A stretch of 64,000 nt of DNA from Eledone cirrhosa (taxonomy: Eukaryota): the NCBI GenBank assembly GCA_964016885.1, contig OZ024750.1, forward strand, positions 44,392,001-44,456,000, written 5' to 3'. The translations under genes and the position numbers were made by a program. The notes beneath the pieces were generated by a model, which ran no database searches, was not told the DNA's origin, and was given only the letters and a program-made list of their open reading frames with translations. Positions 18,001 to 30,104 of the stretch are shown one piece after another (position 1 is the stretch's first letter; each line of letters starts with the position of its first letter).

Positions 18001-21000
18001 GATAAAAGTACAGACAGATTTACAGACCAAAACATAAACACATTCCCCTTATAATACAGAAGAAGAGATTCATTTGTTGATGAACTGAGCTACAAGATAA
18101 AAGAAGAGACACATTTACAGACCAAAACATCAACACACTCCCCTTATAATACAGAAAAAGAGATACAATGGTTGATAAAATCAGAGTACAGACACATTTA
18201 CAGACGAAAATATAAACACACTCCCCTTATAATACAGAAGAAGAGATACATTTGTTGATGAACTGAGCTACAAGATAAAAGTACAGACACATTTACAGAC
18301 CAAAATATAAACACACTCCACTTATAATACAGAAGAAGAGATACATTTCTTGATGAACTGAGCTACAGGATAAAAGTACAGACACATTTACAGACCAAAA
18401 CATCAACACGCTGCCCTTATAATACAGAAGAAGAGATAGATTTGTTGATGTACTGAGCTACAAGATAAAAGTACAGACACATTTACAGACCCAAACATAA
18501 ACACACTCCGCTTATAATACAGAAGAAGTGATACATATGTTGATGTACTGAGCTACAAGATAACAGTACAGACACATTTACAGACTAAAACATAAACACA
18601 CTCCCCTTATCATACAGAAGAAGAGATATATTTGTTGATGAACTGTGCTACAAGATAAAAGAAGAGACACATTTACAGACCAAAACATCAACACACTCCC
18701 CTTATAATACAGAAGAAGAGATACAATGGTTGATAAAATCAGAGTAGAGACACATTTACAGACCAAAATATAAACACACTCCCCTTATAATACAGAAGAA
18801 GAGATACATTTGTTGATGAACTGAGCTACAAGATAAAAGTACAGACACATTTACAGACCAAAATATAAACACACTCCTCTTATAATACAGAAGAAGAGAT
18901 ACATTTGTTGATGAACTGAGCTACAGGATAAAAGTACAGACACATTTACAGACCAAAACATCAACACGCTGCCCTTATAATACAGAAGAAGAGATAGATT
19001 TGTTGATGTACTGAGCTACAAGATAAAAGTACAGACACATTTACAGACCCAAACATAAACACACTCCGCTTATAATACAGAAGAAGTGATACATATGTTG
19101 ATGTACTGAGCTACAAGATAACAGTACAGACACATTTACAGACTAAAACATAAACACAGTCCCCTTATAATATAGAAGAAGAGATACATTTGTGGATGAA
19201 CTGAGCTACAAGATAACAGTACAGATACATTTACAGGCCAAAACATAAACACACTCCTCTTATAATACAGAAGAATAGATTCATTTGTTGGTGAACTGAG
19301 CTACAAGATATAAGTACAGACACATTTACAGACCAAAACATGAACACACTCCTCTTATAATACAGAAGAGATACATTTGTTGATGAACTGAGCTAAAAGA
19401 TAAAAGGATAGACACATTTACAGACCAAAACATAAACACACTCCTCTTATAATACAGAAGAAGAGATTCATTTGTTGATGAACTGAGCTTCAAGAAAAAA
19501 GTACAGACACATTTACAGACCAAAACATAAACACACGCCCCTTATAATACAGAAGAAGTGATACGTTTGTTGATGAACTGAGCTACAAGAAAAACGTACA
19601 GACACATTTACAGACCAAAACATAAACACACACATCTTATAATACAGAAGAAGAGATACATTTGTTGATGAACTGAGCTACAAGATGAACAGTACAGACA
19701 CATTTACAGACCAATACATAAACACACTACCCTTATAATTCAGAAGAAGAGATACATTTGTTGAAGAACTGAGCCACAAGATAAAAATACAGTCCCATTT
19801 ACAGACCAAAACATAAACACACTCCCCTTATAATACAGAAGAAAAGATACATTTGTTGATGAACTGAGCTACAAGATAAAAGTACAAAAACGTTTACAGA
19901 CCAAAATATAAACACACTCCCCTTATGATACAGAAGAAGAGATACATTTGTTGATGAACTAAGCTACAAGATAAAAGTACAGACACATTTACAGCCCAAA
20001 ACATCAACACACTCCCCTTATAATACAGAAGAAGAAATACATTTGTTGATGAACTGAGCTACAAGATAAAATTTCGGACACATTTACAGACCAAAACATA
20101 AACACACTCCCCTTATCATATATAAGAAGAGATACATTTGTTGATGAACTGAGTTACAAGATAAAAGTACAGACACATTTACAGACCAAAACATAAACAC
20201 ACTCCCCTTATGATACAGAAGAAGAGATACATTTGTTAATGAACTGAGCTACAAGATAAAAGTACAGACACATTTACAGACCAAAACATAAACACACTCC
20301 CCTGATGATACAGAAGAAGAGATACATTTGTTGATGAACTGAGCTACAAGATAAAAGTACAGACACATTTACAGACCAAAACATAAACACATTCCCCTTA
20401 TAATACAGAAGAAGAGATACATTTGTTGATGAACTGAGTTACAAGATAAAAGTACAGACACATCTACAGCCCAAAACATCAACACACTCCCCTTATAATA
20501 CAGAAGAAGAAATACATTTGTTCATGAACTGAGCTACCAGATAACAGTACAGACACATTTACAGACTAAAACATAAACACACTCCCCTTATAATATAGAA
20601 GAAGAGATACATTTGTGGATGAACTGAGCTACAATATAACAGTACAGATACATTTACAGACCAAAACATAAACACACTCCTCTTATAATACAGAAGAAGA
20701 GATTCATTTGTTGATGAACTGAGCTTCAAGAAAAAAGTACAGACACATTTACAGACCAAATCATAAACACACGCCCCTTATAATACAGAAGAAGCGGTAC
20801 ATTTGTTGAGGAACTGAGCTACAAGAAAAACGTACAGACACATTTACAGACCAAAACATCAACACACTCCCCTTATAATACAGAAGAAAAGATACAATGG
20901 TTGATAAAATCAGAGTACAGACACATTTACAGACCAAAATATAAACACACTCCCCTTATAATACAGAAGAAGAGATACATTTGTTGATGAACTGAGCTAC

Positions 21001-24000
21001 ACGATAAAAGTACAGACACATTTACAGACCAAAATATAAACACACTCCTCTTATAATACAGAAGAAGAGATACATTTGTTGATGAACTGAGCTACAAGAT
21101 AACAGTACAGATACATTTACAGACCAAAACATAAACACACTCCTCTTATAATACAGAAGAAGAGATTCATTTGTTGATGAACTGAGCTTCAAGAAAAAAG
21201 TACAGACACATTTACAGACCAAATCATAAACACACGCCCCTTATAATACAGAAGAAGCGGTACATTTGTTGAGGAACTGAGCTACAAGAAAAACGTACAG
21301 ACACATTTACAGACCAAAACATCAACACACTCCCCTTATAATAGAGAAGAAGAGATACAATGGTTGATAAAATCAGAGTACAGACACATCTACAGCCCAA
21401 AACATCAACACACTCCCCTTATAATACAGAAGAAGAAATACATTTGTTGATGAACTGAGCTACAAGATAACAGTACAGACACATTTACAGACTAAAACAT
21501 AAACACACTCCCCTTATAATATAGAAGAAGAGATACATTTGTGGATGAACTGAGCTACAAGATAACAGTACAGATACATTTACAGACCAAAACATAAACA
21601 CACTCCTCTTATAATACAGAAGAATAGAATCATTTGTTGGTGAACTGAGCTACAAGATATAAGTACAGACACATTTACAGACCAAAACATAAACACACTC
21701 CTCTTATAATACAGAAGAAGAGATTCATTTGTTGATGAACTGAGCTTCAAGAAAAAAGTACAGACACATTTACAGACCAAATCATAAACACACGCCCCTT
21801 ATAATACAGAAGAAGCGGTACATTTGTTGAGGAACTGAGCTACAAGAAAAACGTACAGACACATTTACAGACCAAAACATAAACACACACCTCTTATAAT
21901 ACAGAAGAAGAGATACATTTGTTGATGAACTGAGCTACAAGATGAACAGTACAGACACATTTACAGACCAAAACATAAACACACTCCTCTTATAATACAG
22001 AAGAAGAGATACATTTGTTGATGAACTGAGCTACAAGATAAAAGTTCGGACACATTTACAGACCAAAACATAAACACACTACCCTTATAATACAAAAGAA
22101 GAGATACATTTGTCGATGAACTGAGCTACAAGATAAAAGTAGAGACACATTTACAGACCAAAACATAAACACACGCCCCTTATAATACAGAAGAAGTGAT
22201 ACATTTGTTGATGAACTGAGCTACAAGAAAAAAGTACAGACACATTTACAGACCAAAACATAAACACACACCTCTTATAATACAGAAGAAGAGATACATT
22301 TGTTGATGAACTGAGCTACAAGATAACAGTACAGACACATTTACAGACCAATACATAAACGCACTCCTCTTATAATACAGAAGAAGAGATACAGTTGTTG
22401 ATGAACTGAGCTACAAGATAACAGTACAGACACATTTACAGACCAATACATAAACGCACTCCTCTTATAATACAGAAGAAGAGATACTGTTGTTGATGAA
22501 CTGAGCTACAAGATAACAGTACAGATACATTTACAGACCAATACATAAACACACTCCTCTTATAATACAGAAGAAGAGATACATTTGTTGATGAACTGAG
22601 CTACAAGATAAAATTAGGGACACATTTACAGGCCAAAACATAAACACTCCCCTTATGATACAGAAGAAGAGATACATTTGTTGATGAACTGAGCTACAAG
22701 ATAAAAGTACAGACACATTTACAGACCAAAACAGAAACACACTCCCCTTATGATACAGAAGAAGAGATACATTTGTTGATGAACTGAGCTACAAGATAAA
22801 TATAAACACACCCCCCTTGTAATACAGAAGAAGAGATACATTTGTTGATGAACTGAGCTACAAGATAAAAGTACAGACACATTTACAGACCAAAACATAA
22901 ACACATTCCCATTACAATACGGAAGAAGAGATACATTTGTTGATGAACTGAGTTACAAGATAAAAGTACAGACACATTTACAGCCCAAAACATCAACACA
23001 CTCCCCTTATAATACAGAAGAATAAATACATTTGTTGATGAACTGAGCTACAAGATAAAAGTTCGGACACATTTACAGACCAAAACATAAACACACTACC
23101 CTTATAATACAGAAGAAGAGATACATTTGTTGATGTACTGAGCTACAAGATAACAGTACAGACACATTTACAGACTAAAACATAAACACACTCCCCTTAT
23201 CATACAGAAGAAGAGATATATTTGTTGATGAACTGAGCTACAAGATAAAAGAAGAGACACATTTACAGACCAAAACATCAACACACTCTCCTTATAATAC
23301 AGAAGAAGAGATACAATGGTTGATGAAGTCAGAGTACAGACACATTTACAGACCAAAATATAAACACACTCTCCTTATAATACAGAAGAAGAGATACATT
23401 TGTTGATGAACTGAGCTACAAGATAACAGTACAGACACATTTACAGACTAAAACATAAACACACTCCCCTTATAATACAGAAGAAGAGATACATTTATGG
23501 ATGCACTGAACTACAAGATAACAGCACAGATACATTTACAGACCAAAACAGAAACACACTCCTCTTATAATACAGAAGCAGAGATTCATTTGTTGATGAA
23601 CTGAGCTACAAGATAAGTACAGACACATTTACAGACCAAAGCATAAACACACTCCTCTTATAATACAGAAGAGATACATTTGTTGATGAACTGAGCTAAA
23701 AGATAAAAGGACAGACACATTTACAGACCAAAACATAAACACACTCCTCTTATAATATAGAAGAAGAGATTCATTTGTTGATGAACTGAGGTTCAAGAAA
23801 AAAGTACATACACATTTACAGACCAAAATATAAACACACTCCCCTTATAATACAGAAGAAGAGATACATTTGTCGATGAACTGAGCTACAACATAAAAGT
23901 AGAGACACATTTACAGACCAAAACATAAACACACGCCCCTTATAATACAGAAGAAGTGATACATTTGTTGATGAACTGAGCTACAAGAAAAAAGTACTGA

Positions 24001-25850
24001 CACATTTACAGACCAAAACATAAACACACAACTCTTATAATACAGAAGAGATACATTTGTTGATGAACTGAGCTACAAGATAACAGTACAGACACATTTA
24101 CAGACCAATACATAAACACACTCCTCTTATAATACAGAAGAAGAGATACATTTGTTGATGAACTGAGCTACAAGATAAAAGTACAAACACGTTTACCGAC
24201 CAAAATATAAACACACTCCCCTTATGATACAGAAGAAGAGATACATTTGTTGATGTACTGAGCTACAAGATAACAGTACAGACACATTTACAGACTAAAA
24301 CATAAACACACTCCTCTTATCATACAGAAGAAGAGATATATTTGTTGATGAAATGAGCTACAAGATAACAGTACAGAGACATTTACAGACTAAAATATAA
24401 ACACACTCCCCTTATAATATAGAAGAAGTGATACATTTGTTGAAGAACTGAGCTACAAGATAACAGTACAGATACATTTACAGACCAAAACATAAACACC
24501 CTCCTCTTATAATACAGAAGAAGAGATTCATTTGTTGATTAACTGAGCTACAAGATAAGTACAGACACATTTACAGACCAAAACATAAACTCACTCCTCT
24601 TATAATACAGAAGAAGAGATTCATTTGTTGATGAACTGAGCTTCAAGAAAAAAGTCCAGACACATTTACAGACCAAAACATAAACACACGCCCCTTATAA
24701 TACAGAAGAAGTGATACGTTTGTTGATGAACTGAGCTACAAGAAAAACGTACAGACACATTTACAGACCAAAACATAAACACACACATCTTATAATACAG
24801 AAGAAGAGATACATTTGTTGATGAACTGAGCTACAAGATAAAAGTAGAGACACATTTACAGACCAAAACATAATCACACGCCCCTTATAATACAGAAGAA
24901 GTGATACATTTGTTGATGAACTGAGCTACAAGAAAAAAGTACAGACACATTTACAGACCAAAACATAAACACACACCTCTTATAATACAGAAGAAGAGAT
25001 ACATTTGTTGATGAACTGAGCTACAAGATAACAGTACAGACACATTTACAGACCAATACATAAACGGACTCCTCTTATAATACAGAAGAAGAGATACATT
25101 TGTTGATGAACTGAGCTACAAGATAACAGTACAGATACATTTACAGACCAATACATAAACACACTCCTCTTATAATACAGAAGAAGAGATACATTTGTTG
25201 ATGAACTGAGCTACAAGATAAAATTAGGGACACATTTACAGGCCAAAACATAATCACTCCCCTTATGATACAGAAGAAGAGATACATTTGTTGATGAACT
25301 GAGCTACAAGATAAAAGTACAGACACATTTACAGACCAAAACAGAAACACACTCCCCTTATGATACAGAAGAAGAGATACATTTGTTGATGAACTGAGCT
25401 ACAAGATAAAAGTACAGACACATTTACAGACCAAAACACAAACACACTCCCCTTATAATACAGAAGAAGAGATACATTTGTTGATGAACTGAGCTACAAG
25501 ATAAAAGTACAGACACATTTACAGACCAAAACATAAACACACTCCTCTTATAATACAGAAGAAGAGATACATTTGTTGATGAACTGAGCTACAAGATAAA
25601 AGTACAGACACATTTACAGACCAAAACATAAACACACTCCCCTTATAATACAGAAGAAGAGATACATTTGTTGATGAATTGAGCTACAATATAAAAGTAC
25701 ATACACATTTACAGACCAAAATATAAACACACTCCCCTTATAATACAGAAGAAGAGATACATTTGTTGATGTACTGAGCTACAAGATAAAAGTAGACACA
25801 TTTACAGACCAAAACATAAACACACTTCCCATATAATACAGAAGAACAGA
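1..25850. repeat. 95-bp tandem satellite (about 270 monomers in the window, continues past the left edge) with 83/92/96-bp variants and higher-order repeats
   Basis: Consensus TCCCCTTATAATACAGAAGAAGAGATACATTTGTTGATGAACTGAGCTACAAGATAAAAGTACAGACACATTTACAGACCAAAACATAAACACAC recurs at 1, 96, 191 and onward. Unique sequence starts at about 25851. Confidence 0.98.
25761..25778 (-). CDS. Candidate 18-nt phase-0 microexon (LSTSTN) in the terminal satellite monomer; consensus copies encode LSSSTN
   Basis: Minus strand reads cttttatcttgtAG|CTCAGTACATCAACAAAT|GTatct. A 73-nt GT..AG intron (25779-25851) separates it from the upstream exon. The donor is weak. Confidence 0.4.
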
Positions 25851-25851
25851 C

Positions 25852-25894
25852 TTCATCATATACTTCGGCTGTTAGCCCACCTCTTGCTATACAT
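25852..25894 (-). CDS. Predicted exon of unknown micro-exon gene: (R)CIARGGLTAEVYDE, 43 nt
   Basis: ttacttcAG|ATGTATAGC...GATGAA|GTctgt. Phase 2 start matches the exon at 28418-28457. The 3' boundary is uncertain (alternative GT 12 nt earlier, or read-through to TAA at 25738-25740). Confidence 0.6.
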
Positions 25895-26151
25895 CTGAAG
25901 TAATTAGCCACATGCCCGGTAATTATATGCGAATTAGTATGTCCATTTCACAATTATATTGAAAGAGTACGGGTATATATAGCCATCAGATATATTGCTA
26001 TATATACCCGTTTGTTTCGATAATATACACATCTTCTGGTGGGGGTTTAACAAAACCCGACAATCGATTACAGCTATTTATCACTTTTTCTATGTTTACG
26101 GGTAAATTCTTTATTTCTGACAAGGTTACATGCCTACAATATATATATATA

Positions 26152-26333
26152 AGGGCGGTGGATTGGCAGTATCGGTAGAGAGTCGGAAGCCATGCTTTCC
26201 AGCATAGTTACGTCCCTTTATGATCTGAGTTCAAATCCCGCCGAGGTTGACTTTGCCTTTCATCCCTACGGGGTCGATAAAATGAAGTACCAGTAATTCA
26301 CTGGGTAATTGCTGGCCTTGTGCCTAAAGTAGA

Positions 26334-26340
<7 letters not shown>
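26152..26340 (+). mobile_element. tRNA-derived SINE, family 1, full length
   Basis: A-box-like TGGCAGTATCGG, B-box GAGTTCAAATCC, core GCCTTTCATCC-TACGGGGTCGATAAAAT-AAGTACCAG, tail TGTGCCTAAAGTAGAAACAA. About 20 copies in the window. Confidence 0.9.
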
Positions 26341-26396
<56 letters not shown>

Positions 26397-26409
26397 TATA
26401 TATATATAT

Positions 26410-26632
26410 AGTAATAATTATAAATTTGAAGACTAAATCCAAAGAGAGCTCGATAAGGATAAATATATATCCAATATATAAGAACCGTAGAGCAAATATT
26501 TATTAAAATAACAGATTAAAGTTTAAGCAAAGAATCGGTGCTTTCACCCTTAACGGGATCTTCTGAAACTAACCTTTAAGGGTGAAAGCAGCGATTCTTT
26601 GCTTAAACTTTAATCTGTTATTTTAATAAATA
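26410..26632. mobile_element. Palindromic (TA)n-flanked repeat, family A
   Basis: Arms ATATTTATTAAAATAACAGATTAAAGTTTAAGCAAAGAATCG...CACCCTTAA and their reverse complement. Further copies at about 57965-58167, 61305-61345 and 62005-62150. Confidence 0.8.
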
Positions 26633-26653
26633 TATATATATATATATATATAT

Positions 26654-26843
26654 AACAAAGGAATTGTGGTAAGGAACCAGATGGACGATAACGCACGAGT
26701 GTACTCAATACTTAGGGTAGTAGAATGGGAAATAGGAAAGTATGACCCCGACGGCAGAGCGCAAGCCGTTTCGACGGCTATTTCTGGAGTCCAGAAATAG
26801 CCGTCGAAACGGCTTGCGCTCTGCCGTCGGGGTCGTACTTTTT

Positions 26844-26846
<3 letters not shown>
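26654..26846. mobile_element. Palindromic (TA)n-flanked repeat, family B, with a GC-rich hairpin of about 50 bp
   Basis: AAAGTATGACCCCGACGGCAGAGCGCAAGCCGTTTCGACGGCTATTTCTGGA is followed immediately by its reverse complement. Near-identical copy at 61420-61622, relics at 42615-42780 and 47475-47510. Confidence 0.85.
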
Positions 26847-26882
<36 letters not shown>

Positions 26883-26929
26883 GTTCTAACTACTTCATTT
26901 ATAACGACGCCTATTTGTAACTTGGTTAT

Positions 26930-27240
26930 TCCTTTGGTAACACTAATAATGGCCGGCTTCGGTCACAAATGACCATGGGATTTGAATCTAGATAGTTCCC
27001 CTCCAAGGCACAAGTCCGGCCAAGATTGTTATTGGAAGACCTCCCCTTTCCACACCACCGATGTTGTCTACGGAAAATAGCAATGGCTGATACATCTTGG
27101 CACCAGTGACGTTGCAACTCATTTCTACAGCAGAGTAAACTGGAGCAACATGAAATAAAGTGTCTTGCTCAAGAACACAACACAAAGCCCGGCTCGAGGA
27201 TCGAACTCACAACCTCACGATTGTAAGCCAGATACTCTAA
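26930..27240 (-). mobile_element. tRNA-derived SINE, family 2
   Basis: Minus strand has B-box GAGTTCGATCC followed by TTGTGTTCTTGAGCAAGACACTTTATTTCATGTTGCTCCAG. Related copies at 62836-62955 (-) and 49790-50050 (+). Confidence 0.8.
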
Positions 27241-28417
27241 GAATTAAACCATGACTTGGTTGCTGACGATATCTCATAAGCATCCAAGAATGATATCATC
27301 TACTTACGGAAAATAACATGAATAATTGAATCAATATCAGCAGATAAAACAATCGCATACTCTCTCTTCTCATTTTAATGTTGCATGCATTAACCGTTTA
27401 TCATTCAAATTACTCTATATTTACTATTGTATTTTTGTGGTAAAGTTTTTATCTCACATAATTATCTTACATGATATCGAATCTATCAGATTTTGGTATA
27501 ACTTATTTTGAGAACAATAACTTAACTTCAGTATGAGCAGCCAGTTACAGCCAGTTTGAACAGAAAGAGGTGTGATAAATCTAGCCGGCTATGGCCAGTT
27601 TAATGCTAAAGGGTTAATTAGGATTTCACTAATTTATCATTTATCCTTTTCATGAGCTGAATTGATATAATTGTTATGGTTTCCAATTAAATGTCCCTTT
27701 ATGTATTCCGGTTCACTGCGATCTATGTTCAAATCTCGTCGAGTTAAACTTGACATATCATCCTTTCCCGATACGTGAATAAAGTAGAAATCCAGGACAG
27801 GCGAAATTGGAGGAATTGTTAAAGATTCAGATTTGATAATTTGAATTTCCTCATATACGGACCTGTGTGTTCTGAGGTCAAATCCCACCTCTTTCTGCTA
27901 GCAATTAAGGCAGGTATTTTCAGCAATGGTCTCATCTGATGATCGGCTCCTTTTCCTTTTAGTTTCATTCTAATGTTGCCTGAGGATTGTTTTGCTTTAA
28001 TACTTTATTCATAAGACACAAATATGAGGTCAGCTCAGGATCACCAACGTACCCCATTTCTTTTCTTAAAAAAAAACGTCCTAAACACAAAATATAAAAT
28101 ATAAAGTAAATGTGTAAAATGTTATTTTGTTTGTCTTACTTGAATATCATTTCCAATCCTTTATTTCTAACTTGCATTGCACTGGTTTTCACCAAACAGT
28201 TTAACCATGAAATTCGTTGCATGATGTACATAACTACTTTCTCCTTGACTTAAAAGCGAATTACGATGAGGTAACAATTCTACTGAGAATGACTTGATAC
28301 AGACAGAGGATTGGTAAAGTGGCTTGTGTGTTGGACAACCCGCTGGTTTGTATTTGAGCCCGCTGCCCCAGTCTAAATTCAAACCACGTAGAAGTCTTCT
28401 TTGAATTTTATCCATAC

Positions 28418-28457
28418 CTTTTCAACACATAAATATATAAAGTTCCACTGAATGGCT
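28418..28457 (-). CDS. Predicted microexon: (K)PFSGTLYIYVLK(R), 40 nt
   Basis: ccacgttccAG|AGCCATTCAG...GAAAAG|GTatgg. Good donor; phase 1 to phase 2 fits both neighbouring exons. Confidence 0.65.
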
Positions 28458-28739
28458 CTGGAACGTGGATATGTTAAAATATATAGGTTAGGAATATTTG
28501 CTCAGGCTCTTTGCAACGTCGTATGCACCTTACCAATCATGATGCAGGATTACCTGGGAAGTACATAACGGTGTACACGTACAGTAATAATGATTTCTGA
28601 TTTAGGCACAAGGTCACCACGATTGGAAAGGTGCATACGATGTTGAGTGCTTGACCCTTCCTACACCATTATATATTGATCGCAATTATGCAAACGCAAC
28701 GCCAACTACCAATTAATCAACATTTGATAACACAACTAT

Positions 28740-28740
28740 A

Positions 28741-28772
<32 letters not shown>

Positions 28773-28774
28773 AA

Positions 28775-28807
<33 letters not shown>

Positions 28808-28872
28808 TATACTACTACTACTACTACTACTACTACTAAAACTACTACTACTGCTGCTGCTGCTGCTGCTTA

Positions 28873-28924
<52 letters not shown>

Positions 28925-28946
28925 GCTGTTGCTGCTGATGCTGCTG

Positions 28947-29027
<81 letters not shown>
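28740..29027. repeat. (TAC)n/(TGC)n compound microsatellite
   Basis: Direct inspection. Confidence 0.95.
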
Positions 29028-29161
29028 TCAGTTGTATTCTTCTAGCTCAATGTTTTATCTCTCACTCATTCTCTGTACCTGTGTAAATATGTAAAAAAAA
29101 TATGTATGTACACATATTTATAAATATTCCCACACATATACATACAGACATATATACACAC

Positions 29162-29234
<73 letters not shown>

Positions 29235-29360
29235 TATGCGTGTGAGGGAAGCGTATGCGGTCACGATTGTCTATGAGCACCAAACGATTCATAATGAGCA
29301 ACTCATCATATGAACATGGTTTACCACCCCATGTACCGAGCGTTAGATTACGTCCTTATA

Positions 29361-29428
<68 letters not shown>

Positions 29429-29470
29429 CTATATATATGTATGTATATCTACATATGAATGTATATAACG

Positions 29471-29502
<32 letters not shown>

Positions 29503-29699
29503 CACACATACACACACATATATATATAGTTATATATATATATATACTTAAATACAAGTACCAGTCGTTTAAATGCAAATCGAACGCTAATTAGCTGATT
29601 ACTAATTAATTACGGGCAAAATTAAGAACATGCAATTAAAATTTTGAAAAAAAAACTGTATCTATTTATATATCTATCAGCTTTGCTATGTGTCTGTGT

Positions 29700-29702
29700 G
29701 TG

Positions 29703-29734
<32 letters not shown>

Positions 29735-30103
29735 TGTATGTATGTATGTATGTATGTATGTATGTATGTATGTTTATATATATGTATGTATGTATCTATG
29801 TATCTATGTGCGTATGTATGTTTGCATGCCGCCATGCAGTTATTTAAGTGCGCATGCGTGCATGTATGTATGTATCCATGCATGTATATCTTTATGTATG
29901 TATGTATGTATGTATGTATGTATGTATGTATGTATGTATATATATATATGTATGTATTCACGTATGTATGTATGTATGTATGTTTGTGTATATTTATGTA
30001 TGTATCTATGTATATATTGATGTATGTATGTGCGTATGTATGTATGTATGTTTGTGAATATTTATCTGTTTCTTTGTATATATGTATGCATGTATGTGTG
30101 TAT
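29700..30103. repeat. (TATG)n microsatellite at the 3' flank of the LINE
   Basis: Direct inspection. Confidence 0.9.
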
Positions 30104-30104
30104 G

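Noticed and set aside
167-25350. Dozens of near-identical 61-69 aa Cys/hydrophobic ORFs on the minus strand
   Set aside because: They are translations of two consecutive 95-bp monomers with mostly non-ATG starts; the period is not a multiple of 3. Not a peptide gene family.
26152-26245. tRNA gene suggested by A and B boxes
   Set aside because: It is the SINE head; no full cloverleaf, and it runs straight into the SINE core.
28167-28415. 82-aa ORF MDKIQRRLLR...
   Set aside because: Its ATG lies within the predicted splice donor GTATGG, and the slight resemblance to a LINE RT tail does not extend.
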